Origin: Marsupella aquatica
Lineage: Eukaryota > Plantae > Marchantiophyta
Reading direction: 5' to 3'
Length of the DNA: 64,000 nt
Assembly (NCBI GenBank): GCA_973895155.1
Contig: OZ316892.1
Coordinates: forward strand, 30,479,228 to 30,543,227
The notes below the pieces were generated by a model that ran no database searches, was not told the DNA's origin, and was given only the letters and a program-made list of their open reading frames with translations. A program made the translations under genes and the position numbers. Shown here one piece after another: positions 24,791 to 37,108 of this stretch (positions within the stretch are counted from its first letter, which is position 1; each line of letters starts with the position of its first letter).

Positions 24791-27089
24791 TAGAGCATTC
24801 ACAAATTAAGGCACATTGCTCGCCATCTAGAGGCTTTTGAGGCAGGCTTTGAGACTCTTACAGTTATGACGAGTGATGGAGGCCACTTGAGCTGAGCTAA
24901 TGACATCCTCTGCCACCATGTTGCCCAAGCATTTGCAAACCCTCCAGTTGGTGGTGTGCAAAGAGGTGCGTATGTGCCGTACATGTTTTAACGGGTCACT
25001 CTGTAAAATTGTATTTGAAGTAGGCTAAGGCTTACTCCCATTGGATATGAGATGCAGGTGACGAGAATGCTGATAGTGTATGCACCACACAGGGCCTAAA
25101 AAAGGATGCATCTATGGGCACATAACAAGTGGGTGAGATATGGCTTTGCATAGCACAAGTTCTGACACGAGTATGTGGGCAGAAGAGAGAAAGGAAGTTC
25201 GGAAATTGACCATATTGTGATTGCAGCGGTGTATATCCTCCTCTGCATATAATGTCCAACTTCCTCTAACAATATGTGGCCTTTTCTTTCACCAGGTTAT
25301 GTTTGTGATGCTTAATGATGTGTTGGATGTTGGTGTCAGACATCTAGCCATAGAGTATCGTGGTATGGATGCGTCCTTGCAATTGATTTCCCGGTTATTG
25401 TCCAAGATTGTGCTGCAAGTGAACAGTAAGCTCTTCGGGCTAGCTGCCTAGTTTTTGAGCAATATGGCTGGCTGTGGTGGGCCAATTGGATATGTAGATT
25501 CAGCCCCGACTGAGGGGAAAAAGCAGTGAAAAGTTGGAAGATGTCATTCCTGATTTGCTGAAGAACAAGTTGCTATCATGCACAAAGAAGGAGTCCTTGT
25601 GCAACGGAGTAGTATAAGAACAAGTTGCTATCATGCACAAAGAAGGAGTCCTTGTGCAACGGAGTAGTATAAGTGGGTATAGTTTATGGGAGGTGACTTG
25701 GCATGAGGTCAAGGGTATAGCACCCAACCTTGAAGTTGAGCTTTTCCCAGAACCCCAACTCGAGCCGGAACAAGAGTCAGCTGTTGTTTTGGACTCCTCC
25801 AATGAGACGGTGGAGTGGAGTGAACATCCTGTATGAACTGGTGAAGGGGATACAACTGTTGAACCCGAAAACAACAGTCAAAGAGGAGGAAGCTGAGGTG
25901 CATTTGGCAAAATTTACCAAAAGCACAATGACAGGCAGGGTACGGTCTCGCCATTTCATGATTGCAAGGTGAATTGCTGTGGATGGATGCAAAAGTGTGA
26001 CCTCATTGATTGCATATTCAGTACCACTCGGGATGTGTGGTATTCCCACAATAAGCTGGAACTGTTGTCTTCTCTTGTGTGTATGGTGAAATTAATTGGA
26101 TTTGTCATCAATTCATGGTGTAGGTGGTGAATTTTGTGGGTGCAACACTAAAAACTTGCGCTTTGGGTATAATGTGGTCCACAAATATCCCCTGTAGATT
26201 GTGAGCAGCTCAAAGTCTGGTGCTCTTATTACTGTTATAGTTCATTGGCAGATTTTACACATCCTCGTACACAAAATTGAAGCGTAACTAAGCTGAACTT
26301 TTGTATAGATGATTGTAGGTGATGCAACATATGGCCATTTAAGATGTAGCTGAATATGGAACTTGCTACCTTGACATTGCCCTTGCTTGTAGTGATCGGA
26401 TGAGGATACATGAGTTCAATTAAAACCTACCTCTGACTGCAGGTGCACGGGAGCTGAACGTTGGATCCCTTGGGGAGTAGAAACCAGCAGCAAGTTTATC
26501 ACCAGGACTCTTCACGCTGAGCACATGATGTGATGTTGCTCAGAGAAGTCTTCGTTCAACATTGAAGAACTATTTCCTTACATGAATATAAACTTTTGTG
26601 TAGTGGATGACGTTTTTGGCTTGAGCAAGAATTCACCATTTTGAATTCAACTGAACTTTTTTTCCCCTCTTCAAAAAGTGAATTAACATTGTGGCGGATG
26701 TTGATTTCAGTTCAGCCTGCTACTGTAAGGAGGTTGAATGGGCAACCTTCTAGTAGGGGTTAGGGGTGAAGGTTTGTTTGGGAACAAACAGGCACAACAG
26801 GGTAGTATGGTTGCCTAATCTATCTTGTTGTGGGCATTGTATTGCACCTCGTGCTAACCCTTGGTACACTCTTAATCTTAATAGGTGTTCATCTGTAAAG
26901 GAACAAGGCCAAGTATTCTGATAAACCCACACAACATTGTTTAAAGAAAAAGAACAAGGCTGAGTATTTTGAGAAAACCACACACTCTTGACTCTGTTTA
27001 CATGATAAGCGGCCATTGTCAATAAGAGATACAAAAGTTGAGGTCATGTAATGCGGTATTATGGTTCATATTAGGAAATTGGGCCATAT

Positions 27090-27520
27090 ACGTGTACAAT
27101 TCAGGGTAATCTAATAATCGAGTAATGTACAACTAAGGTTAATGTTAGGAATACGTCCGAACCTCGGGGTAATCCAATCACGAAGCAATGTACTAGGCAG
27201 GTTAATCTTAGGATATTGTGCCATACACACGGATACGAAAGTTGGGGTAATCTTATCCATCAATAAATGTACATTAATTAATGTTCAAGATTTGTGCCAT
27301 ACACATGGATACAAAAGCAAGGGTAATCCTACACAAGGATACGAAACGCAAGCCGGGGTAATCTTATAATTAATAAAGTACTAGTAAGGTTAATGTCCGG
27401 AAATTGGCCACACCCATGGATACAAAAGCTGCGGTAATCCTACGCATAGATACAAAGCAAATGCCGGGGTAATCCTACGCATAGATATGAAGCAAATGCC
27501 GGGGTAATCCAATAATTAAT
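27090..27520. repeat. Degenerate short-period repeat region (GGGGTAATC motif)
   Basis: GG(G)GTAATC(C/T) and ATACAAA(A)GC recur many times; two near-perfect ~35-bp units lie at ~27432-27510. Confidence 0.6.
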
Positions 27521-29574
27521 TAAAGTATGAATGAATGTATTAAGGAATGTACTAAGCCGGGCTGTAAAAATGTGGGGTTTTACATACATGGACACAAAGA
27601 CTATAAACGTGACGACATGATGTAATCATGCAGGTTAGGTAAAGTAGGAAGACTGTTTGTTACACCAACAGTCTTCGGCCACAAATGAGTTTTTGGCCAC
27701 AAATGAGGTGTCGTACAGCACATTTGTTATGTCGTACAACCATCTATTTGAGTAGTGTTTTTTTTATCTACATACCAATATCCATTGCAAGGGAAAATTG
27801 GCAGGTCATGTGGGACCGGGGAAAAATAAATTTTGATTTATGTGAAGTGTGTCTCACATGTCGCTTCTAGGTTCCAAAAATCTAGGGTTGACGGTAAAAA
27901 TAAACGACGACACCAGAATGGGGTAGGGGGAGTTTAGGGTCCATTTATATTGAATGTAATGAGAGAATTGTTTACTAGAATAAATGGTACCCCATATTTT
28001 AATAATGTGTCTATTGGTCGATACCCAGGAAAGAAAATACCGTCCTATCTTCTTTGCACTTCAACCGACGCACTCTACTGCTTGCCTTTTTGGGGAACAA
28101 GGTAGCCAAAATAAATTCACTGAAGAGAATAGATACGTTCAAAACTCCAGAATTTAATTTACAAATACTACAAAAAAAATTTGACTCTTACCTGAAGTTT
28201 TCCTATTGTCTAAAATCTTAAAGTTTCCCTTTCTTGAAGCTCAAATTGTTTTTCCTTCCCTGCCCTCCCTCAGGTTTAATTTTTTCCCTAGCGCCTGAAG
28301 TTGGAGTTTTTTTCGTTCCCCCTGGAGGTGAAGTTTTTTTTTCTTCCTCGAAAAAGCTGAATTTTTTTTGCTTGCTTTGGTTTTTGCTATTTTTCTTCTC
28401 TCCCACTTTCACATTATGTAGGTTTACATCATGTGTGAAAAAAACTAGAATACAACGTATGGATTTGATTAAAAAAATCACCCCTGGTTTAGGGAACGAA
28501 AACAGAGCAGGTAAATTTAGGCATGTACTTTGGCCAGTATTTGTCCATGCAATACCCAAAATGTTGGTCTCGTGAGGTTTAGGGTCTTTTCAGTACGTTC
28601 GGAGTCCTTTTGCCGGCGCGGGGCACCTTCATGGGGTTCCCTGCCCGCTTTGTTGCTTGCTATGACTAATAAAAGTACCTGTCACGTCATCGGCTGCGGC
28701 CTTAACTCAGACTTCAGCTTAGACGGGCACATCCCTCGTAAATCTGAGGGTTCGGGCAGGAAGGGAAGCACGTAATGCACCTTATTCTCGTAAACTAGCG
28801 CTAAGTGCGCATACTGCTAAATACGGACACCTCCTAGGTATGGTTTGTGTTCCGCCGCCGGAACGTACCTTAGTCGATAGCAGGATCAACCCCGGCTTAA
28901 GGGCTTCTAAGCCTTCGTGCTGTCCGCCTTCGATCCGGATTCGATGATACAGGTCCTCAACCCGTGCTCGCAACCACTTACCCGCAGGCTGCACCCTGTG
29001 CACGTCTCGGGTAGTGCGTTTGGCCTGGCGCTGCCACCCATATACGAGAAACCCACACACATACACGCGCACATGCATACAATCTCGATTTACACGAAGG
29101 AAAATGATGGGAAAGGATTTTACTACAAAGGGAACATATGCGTACACTTAGTTGACCCGACAGCCCCGGAATGAACAGGTTCAAGGCCGAGGGTGCACAC
29201 TACAACGGAGCCCGGCTCCACACTCGCCCGACGAGCTTAGTCCTACCCCCTCCCCTTGGTACTCTTTCATTCCCAGAGGTCGGGACTCCCCGCACATACC
29301 GCGGACGCCCAACTTTGCAACTAAAAACCCCCCCGTCTCTACCGAGGGGTGCACTAAATACTAAGGGCCGAGGGACGGGGTGTCCTCTCGCCGAAGATTC
29401 ACTGACTACGGTCCTAACTAAGCTGACAGTCAGGCCGAAAATGGCTGTGTCTTATTAGAAGATCCTAATCTATGCAGGCTGGACAGCACGGCAGCGTTGC
29501 TGTACCCAAGGCAGGTGCCTGTCCCAAGAGTCTGACTAAGCTAGTCCTAATCCTACTCTATTCCTACTCCGCCG

Positions 29575-31608
29575 CTAATGCCTGGCACGCTTGCCAGAGC
29601 CACCTAAATGGGAGCGGCCATCCCGCTGCCTTCGAAGCCTGTCATTGTCCGCCTTGAGGAGCTGGACCTGGTCCAGCAGAGATTCGTTCTCTCGCCTTGC
29701 CGCGTCCGTCTCCTCTGCTGCCTCCTGACAAGCCTCCTCCAACTACTGGGCGTCACTTGTCAGTTTACCCGCCAGCTGTTCCTGCTTCTCGGCCTCGGTT
29801 TGGAGCCGCGCCACCTCGGCCTACAACGTGGCTATCTCCGCCGTGTCCCGCTGGGCCCGTTCCTCGGCCTCCTCCAGGTCTTTCTGCCAGGTGACAGTTT
29901 GATTCTTCAAACTGTCAATCTGGTTCCGAAGTCGTGTAATCTCGGCTTCGTTCCCAGCTTTGGCTTGTTCGGCTAGGGCGGTAAGAGCGTGCGCCTTTGC
30001 TAACAACTCATCGGCGGCTGCAACCTTGGGTCGTAGTTGCCGAAGCTCAGCCTCTTGAGCTGCAACTTTGTTCTTTAGGTACACGGACTCCACCCGGTAC
30101 CGCTCTATCCTCTGAAGGGCCTCTGACTGGGCCCGACCTGCCTTTACTGCGGCAACCAACTCCTGATTGAAGAAACAGGCTACCTTCCGGGCCATGAACT
30201 CCACGGTATCCCGAGCAATTTGATGAGAGAAATCTCCCAGAAGCCCGTTCAGAAATGTACCCGGCACGAAGAGTTCCGGGTGGTCCAGGTTGTGCCTGTC
30301 CGGAGTTGGGCACGGGCAAACATCCACACGCGCGGGGGCCGGGGCAGTGACGTCCAACCCTGGGGACGTAACTTTGGAAGGGGTTGGAGCGTCCTCCTGT
30401 AGCAATGTCCGGTTCTCCGGAATAGCCACCGGTGGGTCTTTGGGAGAACCGGGCTCGGGTAAGACCTCCGCCGTACCGACTTCTGTACTTAGTCCGGCCT
30501 GTTGGGTTGCATCAACGGTTGCGACACCCGACCCATCCGGTACCTCCTCGGTTACGACTACAACTACTTGTGGAGGTGGGGTGGGTGAAGCTGGCGTGTC
30601 CGCTGGACTTCGGGCCTCGGGCTGGGGCCGTCTCTCCAAGGCCGGGAAAACCCACCTAGCTGGGACCAGCTTTGTAACGTTGACATGGGGAAGGGTTCGT
30701 CGATCAAACCGGGCATACCACTCAAGAATGATCTCGATGTGGCTAGCAAAATACGCCTTCCCGCCAATGTACAGCGTCTTCCTTTGCCGCTCCATCTCTT
30801 CATGGAATTTCTTAGCGAAGTACGATGCCCACCTCCTAGGTTGATAGTTCTCGACCTGGATAACCTGGGCGGCGGAGATCTCCCCCCGGGGTTCCATCAT
30901 GTGGAGGGCGTACCTCTGGAACTCCAGTCGCTCAGCTATCTTGGGGATGAGGCAGGTTTTCATCACGAACCCGTTGTCCACTGCTCCCTCTGAGGGAAAA
31001 CTTGAAGATTGGTACTTGGCTCCCTTGCCCCCGGGAGCCCGTGATTCGACTCGATGGTCACCTTCGGGTAACCCGAAGATCATCCTGAGCCGTTCTTCCG
31101 TGAGGGACATACTCCTTCCCCGTAGCCGAGTATGTTGATGCGCGTCATCATAATTCCTGATGAACTCCGTCATGTCCTCCCCGTAGTACCTGCAAGTGTT
31201 CCAGGGGAGGGAGGTGAGGTGCTCGAATCCCTGAGTCTTCAGGTACACCGCATGCTTGGGATGGAGGATGTTTTTGTGAACGTTTTCCCCCATGCGGTGC
31301 ATCATCACCTTGGCCACGGCTACCGTGGCCAATGGTAACCCGGATGCAGTGGCGGATTCCTTCCTCTTCTTCCCCCGTGACTGGCTTGGGGAAGGTGACA
31401 CCTCCCCATCCTCCCGATCGGGCCTGGGTAGTGCTACTGCCGTTAGTAACAGGCCCGGGTCGGCCACGGTCACCATGTTGTCTGCCGGGGCCGCTCTTGG
31501 GGTCAGAGCAGGGGGTGGGGATGATATAGTATCGGCCCCCTGAGCGCTTGTTCCTCTGGGCCGCCTGGTCAAGGGTAGGGTAGCCTCGTCGTCATCGCTA
31601 AGATCCAC
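29575..31608 (-). pseudogene. Retroelement accessory protein (PMD/Transposase_32-like plus coiled coil)
   Basis: 595-aa ORF with GFEHLTSLPW...MTEFIRNYD...LRGRSMSLTEERLRMIFGLPEG. The frame reads through two TAGs as more coiled coil to ...GKRARH* at 29575. Confidence 0.75.
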
Positions 31609-31663
31609 AGCGTTGATGACGGAGCGTACTTGTGCTGGTTGGGCGATTGGTGGTGGGGTTTGG

Positions 31664-32203
31664 CTAGGCTGCGGCTGAGGCTGAAGCTGAAGCTGAGCCT
31701 GAGGTTGTACGGGTACGGGTACGGGTACAAGTCATGTTGGTTGCTGGCCGAGTTCCTATGAAGCTCTGTAGGTGCTGGTAGAAGTTCTCCGAAGCGAGTG
31801 CAGACGACCTTGTCGAACGGGTAGTGCTGGACTCGCTGTTGATGATAGCCCAAACCTGAGCAGGGATGTGGTCAAAGTGATGTCGCTGCAAGTCGATCGT
31901 ACCCGGGATATTGAAGACCTCGTCCGGAAGCCGAAGCAATGCTTCCCAGAACCCGATATATTTGTCTCTGTTGAAGAAGTACCCGGATACCTCTGCTGGT
32001 CGGTAAAGCTTGCTCTGAGACGGGTAGTCAAAGTTAAGGATGTAGTGGTGTCGTCCTGCTAGGCGGATGGCTCGCTCGTACTCGCGTTCGATTTTGTATC
32101 GGCGCGGGTTGGCGTGTTTCAATGAGTCGGCCAAGTGCCTTCCGGTAGATAGGAACTGCGTCCAGAATCGAATGGCCGAGCTGGAGAGGATCGTGTGCGA
32201 CAT
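31664..32203 (-). CDS. Hypothetical 179-aa protein, first ORF after the TATA box of the solo-LTR-like unit
   Basis: ATG about 100 nt downstream of TATAAAA. MSHTILSSSAIRFW...EREYERAIRL loosely aligns with MSNVNQAAHFW...ERQELARL in 612-4274, so it may once have been joined to the downstream ORF. Confidence 0.5.
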   Translation of the reverse strand: MSHTILSSSAIRFWTQFLSTGRHLADSLKHANPRRYKIEREYERAIRLAGRHHYILNFDYPSQSKLYRPAEVSGYFFNRDKYIGFWEALLRLPDEVFNIPGTIDLQRHHFDHIPAQVWAIINSESSTTRSTRSSALASENFYQHLQSFIGTRPATNMTCTRTRTRTTSGSASASASAAA

Positions 32204-32304
32204 TCAGAGGAGATAGTAGTGGCGACTTAGAGCGAACGAGAGAGCTGGGGTCGAAGCTGGCGCGTGGACTGATGGACTGGTGCACTACAAAGGGTTGGCT
32301 CCCC

Positions 32305-32311
32305 TTTTATA
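32305..32311 (-). promoter_or_regulatory. Candidate TATA box of the solo-LTR-like unit
   Basis: GGTATAAAAGGGG on the minus strand, ~360 nt from the element end, in a typical LTR promoter context. Confidence 0.5.
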
Positions 32312-32669
32312 CCTTGAGGGCTTGTCGATCCCCCGACGTCTCCTCGACGCCCATAGGCTGAACCGCTCACGCTTGTGGTGTGCCGGCCACTCCGCCGGTC
32401 TAAGTCAGCGCGTGTCAGTGGCCGCTTCCTTAAGTTCATCATACGAACCCGAGGGAGGGCCCCTCCACGCTCGTAACCCGGGTGTGCGAATAGCGACCAG
32501 CCGCCAGTCCGAACCTGAATTCCCCCTTATTGCCTAATGATATCCTACCCATAATGATTACCTAAATACTGTCATTATGCTAATAATAGCAATCTAAGAT
32601 ACTCCTAACGCGCGTGCTGAGCGCAGTTAGACCGAATCACTCATTAACCGCCGTACTGGCGGCGTCACA

Positions 32670-32853
32670 GTACCCTCATTAATAAGAGTACCCTCATGCA
32701 CAAGGCCCAACACAAGGGTACCCTTAGGAGATAAGAGTACCCTCACTGATAAGGGTACCCTCATTATCAAAGTACCATTGTTGATAAGCGTACCCATTGA
32801 TAAGAGTACTCTTGCTGATATAAGAGTACCCTCATTGATAAGAGTACCCTCAT
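32670..32853. repeat. ~18-bp minisatellite ((G/T)ATAAGAGTACCCTCATT), target of the 28680-32669 insertion
   Basis: About nine degenerate units; a partial unit remains at the left of the insertion (28667-28679). Confidence 0.8.
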
Positions 32854-32863
32854 AGGTAGGATA

Positions 32864-33198
32864 GGGTTTGTCATGGTCTCCAAGACAAGACAGCCTTTGC
32901 AGCAAATGCCCAATCATATTGCACCACAGATCTCCACTCAAGCTACGTACAAAGATTGAAGGATATCTCAGGGCTGGCCTCACGTTAAGTGCAATTGTCA
33001 ATGCTCACTTTGAAGAAATTTTGACTCGATGGCGGAAAGATCATCCAGATGAGGATGCAGATTACATCATGTCCAGGGACATGCAGCTCACCCCGAGAGA
33101 TGTGCAAACTGTTCGGGATTCCATGCGCAGATGTCAACCTGACTATTGCTCTGATGAGTCACAAGCAACAAAATTGTGGGTACTACAGAGTGAGGATC
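32864..33198 (+). pseudogene. Inverted downstream segment of the MULE-like gene
   Basis: VCHG...HIAPQIS-LKLRTKIEGYLRAGL...SRDMQLTPRDVQTV...SDESQATKLWV is the expected continuation after RHHLDP in At1g60560-like proteins. Confidence 0.7.
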
Positions 33199-33199
33199 A

Positions 33200-34115
33200 A
33201 GGGTCCAAATGGTGTCTTTGGATCCATTTGATCATCACGGCCCCTGGCCGATCCTCAAATTTAGTGGCGGTGAAAGAGCATCGGCAGCCACGACGCACAG
33301 ACATTCCTGTGAATTGAAAGGAAGGCAAGAGATATTGAATTAAAAATCAATTCAGATGAAATAGCGCACCTGCATTAACGTCAGGGAATGCCAACGGGTA
33401 TGCAAAGGAGTTACATATTTACCTGTTATAGTTTTTCTTTTCAAGAAGACACCTCCTTCATCGGATTTCAACTTCTCTGGAACCTTCTTTGATTTCCATC
33501 CTCTATAGTCCTCTGGACCAAAGCAGCAACAATACAATGTTGTTGTCTTGACCAAGGGACCAGTTTTGAAAATTTGGTTCTCTAGCATTTGCCTGGTAGT
33601 GAATTCAGTATGAAAATCTGCCCGCATGTTTTTGCCCCATATGAAGTCCTTAAGTCTGCATTCCGGGATCCAAGCAGAGTCAAAACTTGACCCAAACCAT
33701 TCGAGACCACTAGAATCAAACTCCCCTGAAGGTGGATCCTGGATTTTATCACACGACAATTTCTCGCAAAAGCTCTTGCGGATACATGGGGTTTTCCTTG
33801 GCTTGATGTCACATGAGGTAAATAACCATCTTCAATATTCAGACCACGTAGCTGCTCCAGCACACAATCAAGCGCATCTAGTACCACTTCGTCCAACGGC
33901 GTCACATTCACTTTGTCGAACCCTCCGTGAATGTTTAACGTGGGTAAATCCCAAGGTATGTCATTCGGTTTCATAAACTTGGATATCCGTTCCTGCAAGA
34001 ATGTAACACACATTGGCGTGCCAATGGAACTGACAGGTTCCAAGTGTGGACGTGACGATCGTGGACTCATACAGATGCCACCTTCCACGCCGTCGCTTCC
34101 ACTAACATTGCCCAT
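33200..34115 (-). pseudogene. 5' part of a MULE-related / SWIM zinc-finger family gene (At1g60560-like)
   Basis: IQDPPSGEFDSSGLEW...AWIPECRLKDFIWG...YCCCFGPEDYR, then a GT-AG intron (33307-33422), then GMSVRRGCRCSFTATKF...IKWIQRHHLDP. Confidence 0.7.
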
Positions 34116-34663
34116 TGCAATTCCACATTCAAATCACCAAGGTATAGACGCACACGGCACACACGCACACTGACACTGCACCGCATGAACCATTCACAAA
34201 ATCACATGGCAGGGAATGAGAATGGGGAATGCACATTCCCTCAAGAGAATGTGCAAGGAATGCACATTCCCTCAAGAGAATGTACTCATTCGGGGAAGTG
34301 TGCACACTGACATCCCGCTCAAAAATGTATACACATTTGAAACAGTAGCAAACCCTGCATAGACATAGTAAGGGTTGTTTAGGTCTAGTACTCCAGTCTC
34401 ACTCGTGATAGCGGGTGACCTTTGTAAATGGGCAAAGAGGGCCGGGGTGGGGAAGCGCCTTGCATCCCTATGGCGAGAGGGACAGGGCCAAGGATAGGGT
34501 TTAGGGCGCGGGGTCAGGGCCCGGGAGGGATAAGGGCTGGTGGTGGGGATGGAACTTGCTCGCGGTGACAGGGCGTCGGAGCCTTTGGCTGGCGCTACCC
34601 GAATGCCTTTGACGCCTGCCCGATAGTGTTATGCCACTGTTTACATTGTGAGGGTGTAATCAC

Positions 34664-37108
34664 TGTCACGCGATTGACATGGGTCTTAACACCAAAAATG
34701 TCACTATGGGTGCCAAAACCATCTCCTTGTACCTGAGGATCACGAAGGGATGTTGTGAAGGCCGGTAAACACCAATTTATGCCCTTAACACCAGACTATC
34801 GTAGCAAGACTCTATCACACATCACCCAAGCTCAATCCCAAGGAACCAAGGTTGGGGATCAGATCTGCGCTCATGATAGTTCTGGTGAGAAGGGGTCTTC
34901 ATATCGGGCCCGTACACACAGGGCCTAGCGCTACGGTGCGCATAGGTCTATACGTATGCTTACTATCATAGGTATGTTTCTATTCCGCCGTCGGAATGTA
35001 CCCATAAACCAGTGACTCCTGACTGATTCCCGGCTTAGGGACTTCTAAGCCATTGCCCCACCACTATGCCATTCCACTCTCAGCAATCAGAGCTATGACA
35101 GTCCTCACCCAACCCACTTCAATGCACCCTGTACACCTTTCAGTGGCGCTGCTAGTCCCATCATACACTCAGATTGCCTCACACACACACACATCCATGA
35201 GAGAAATGAGGCCTGAGAGGAAAACTCAATTAGATTCAAAGATGTGCACAATAGTTCACTGAGAACACTTGATCCAAACACTAGGCCAGAAGGCTGTCTC
35301 CTCCAGATTGCGACGTCCTTGCCCTGCAAGCCCCGTGCTTGCCATGCAGCTCAATCCTGAACCTGAGCCCGACTCACTCCAGATTATGACGGCAGATTGG
35401 ACTCGAACCAATCCCGTACTTGCCTTGCAAACTCAATCCTTAACTCAACCTCCTTCACTGCACTTCATTCTTGGGGGCACATACAGATCTCACACCTCCA
35501 ATTCAGAACGTCAAGTTACGCATGCACAGTTGACTCAACTTCAAAGCTGGTACCAGGCCTAACGACGATCTATCCCAGACTACAATGAGGCCCGGCCTCA
35601 TGCTTGCCCTGCAAGCTCAGCTCTAGCCATAAATCCCTTAGTGCTCTCTACCAGACAAAGGCCGGGACTCCCCATGGATCACGTAGCCTTGCCAGACTGA
35701 ACTGTAAATGCTCCTCCTACTGCCCCTCAATCAGTATCTCAGCCTCCCTAATGTGCTCACCGAAAATCACATTGAAATCCTCCCCACAGTTTACAATCAC
35801 CAACACATCACCTATCACCAAGGCTCTATATTGGGGGAAAAGAATCCAGTTGTGGTGCCTACTAGAAAGAGCCACAATCCAGCTTGCAAACCTGGCCAAC
35901 TGTTGCTGTGAAGCGTGGTTGATTACTCCCTGAGTAATAGCACAATCAAGCTCTCCCCAACACACAGCTTCCAAGCCCAGCCTTCCTTGCATAGAGCTCC
36001 TCCCTGCTGCTTAGTCTACATGAGATCACACAACTGAAGTTCCCCCCCTGCCTCTACCGAGGGGCTGCTCTATATACTCTCATACTGAGCCCAAATGGGT
36101 GGATACTACGCTGCTGGAGCCCCATCCCAGCCCTAACAGAGCCGCCACTATCTCTACCTACTGAACCCTAACTTGCAACTTTATTTCTATCTCGAATTGG
36201 CTATGTACTTCGGATTTGGCCCTCCTCCATGGTTTTTGCGAGCTTGCGCCTCCTTTCCTGATTTCTCTATTCAACCATTTGCTGCGTGGATAGCAGCGTT
36301 GGAAGCGGCTTGAGCTCCTCTTTCCAACGAGGTCAATTATAGCCAATTTGGCCAAATACACAGAGAGTTATGCCCCCGCAACCGAGAGGGGGTACTCACT
36401 GCTGCGCTAACCCGAGTTACATAGCTAACCCGAGTTTGGCTAACCTAGCTATCCTATCTAACCCGAGTAGAGCTAACCCGTGGTCTCAAGTTAGGCCGCT
36501 ACCCGCTATCCGCTAACCTAGGCTAAGCTGAGCCCGAACCCGAGCTTACCTATGCTAACCTGAGCCCGAGTTTAGGCTAACCCGAGTTCAATGTAACCCG
36601 GGATCAATCTAATCCAAACCCGGGTTAAGCCTAAATTGAAGTTGTGCTGACCTGAGCTAAGCTGAAGCCGTGCTTACCTGAGCTAAGCTAAAGCCGTGCT
36701 GACCTGAGCTAAGCTGAAGCCGTGCTCACATAAGCTAAGTCATGGTCGAGCTTGGGTTAACCCGAAACTGAAGCCGAATCCGCTAATTCCGGCCACAAGT
36801 TAACCCGTCACACTAATCAGGCCGTATCTTCCTTAATACACCTTCGTTTCCCGAGTGTTTTATATTGATTTTACTCGCCTTGACCAGATCTTTCCAATGC
36901 TCTTTACAGATCCGGATTTGGTGACATATTGAAAGAGATATGGTCGCCGACCACCCGCGATATAGCTTTTATTTCCCTACTCTTAACGCCATGATTGCCC
37001 TTATTCTTGCCATCTTGCTAATTGTTATGCAATATCAATAGCTACTCCTTGCATACAGCAACCTACTTAATCAGATTACAAAATAAGGACCATGTCATTG
37101 GCGTCACA
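34664..37108 (-). mobile_element. Solo LTR (2445 bp)
   Basis: TGTCAC...GTCACA termini; ATCAC TSD (34659-34663 and 37109-37113); candidate TATA near 36070-36077 on the minus strand; aligns end to end with 61040-63383. Confidence 0.92.
35570..35992 (-). pseudogene. Remnant reading frame inside the solo LTR
   Basis: Two TAG stops here are CAG and TGG in the copy at 61865-62343; that copy's 1-nt deletion is absent here. Confidence 0.45.

Larger units (their letters stand above)
28680..32669 (-). mobile_element. 3990-bp solo-LTR-like unit with 5-bp TSD, containing protein-coding frames
   Basis: TGTCAC at 28680 and GGCGTCACA ending 32669, flanked by GTACC (28675-28679 and 32670-32674). Removing the unit restores the 18-bp repeat periodicity. 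Shares CCCGGCTTA.GG.CTTCTAAGCC and TGCACCCTGT.CAC blocks with the 2.4-kb solo LTRs. No gag/pol and no internal terminal direct repeats. Confidence 0.85.

Noticed and set aside
24806-25460. Minus-strand RFC/AAA+ lid-like fragment (CLGNMVAEDVISSAQVASITRHNCKSLKACLKSL)
   Set aside because: Short and weak resemblance, no Walker motifs upstream, and the implied intron would be only 35 nt.
27648-27677. Hairpin GAAGACTGTT...AACAGTCTTC as a Helitron 3' end or terminator
   Set aside because: No CTRR at the expected distance on either strand.
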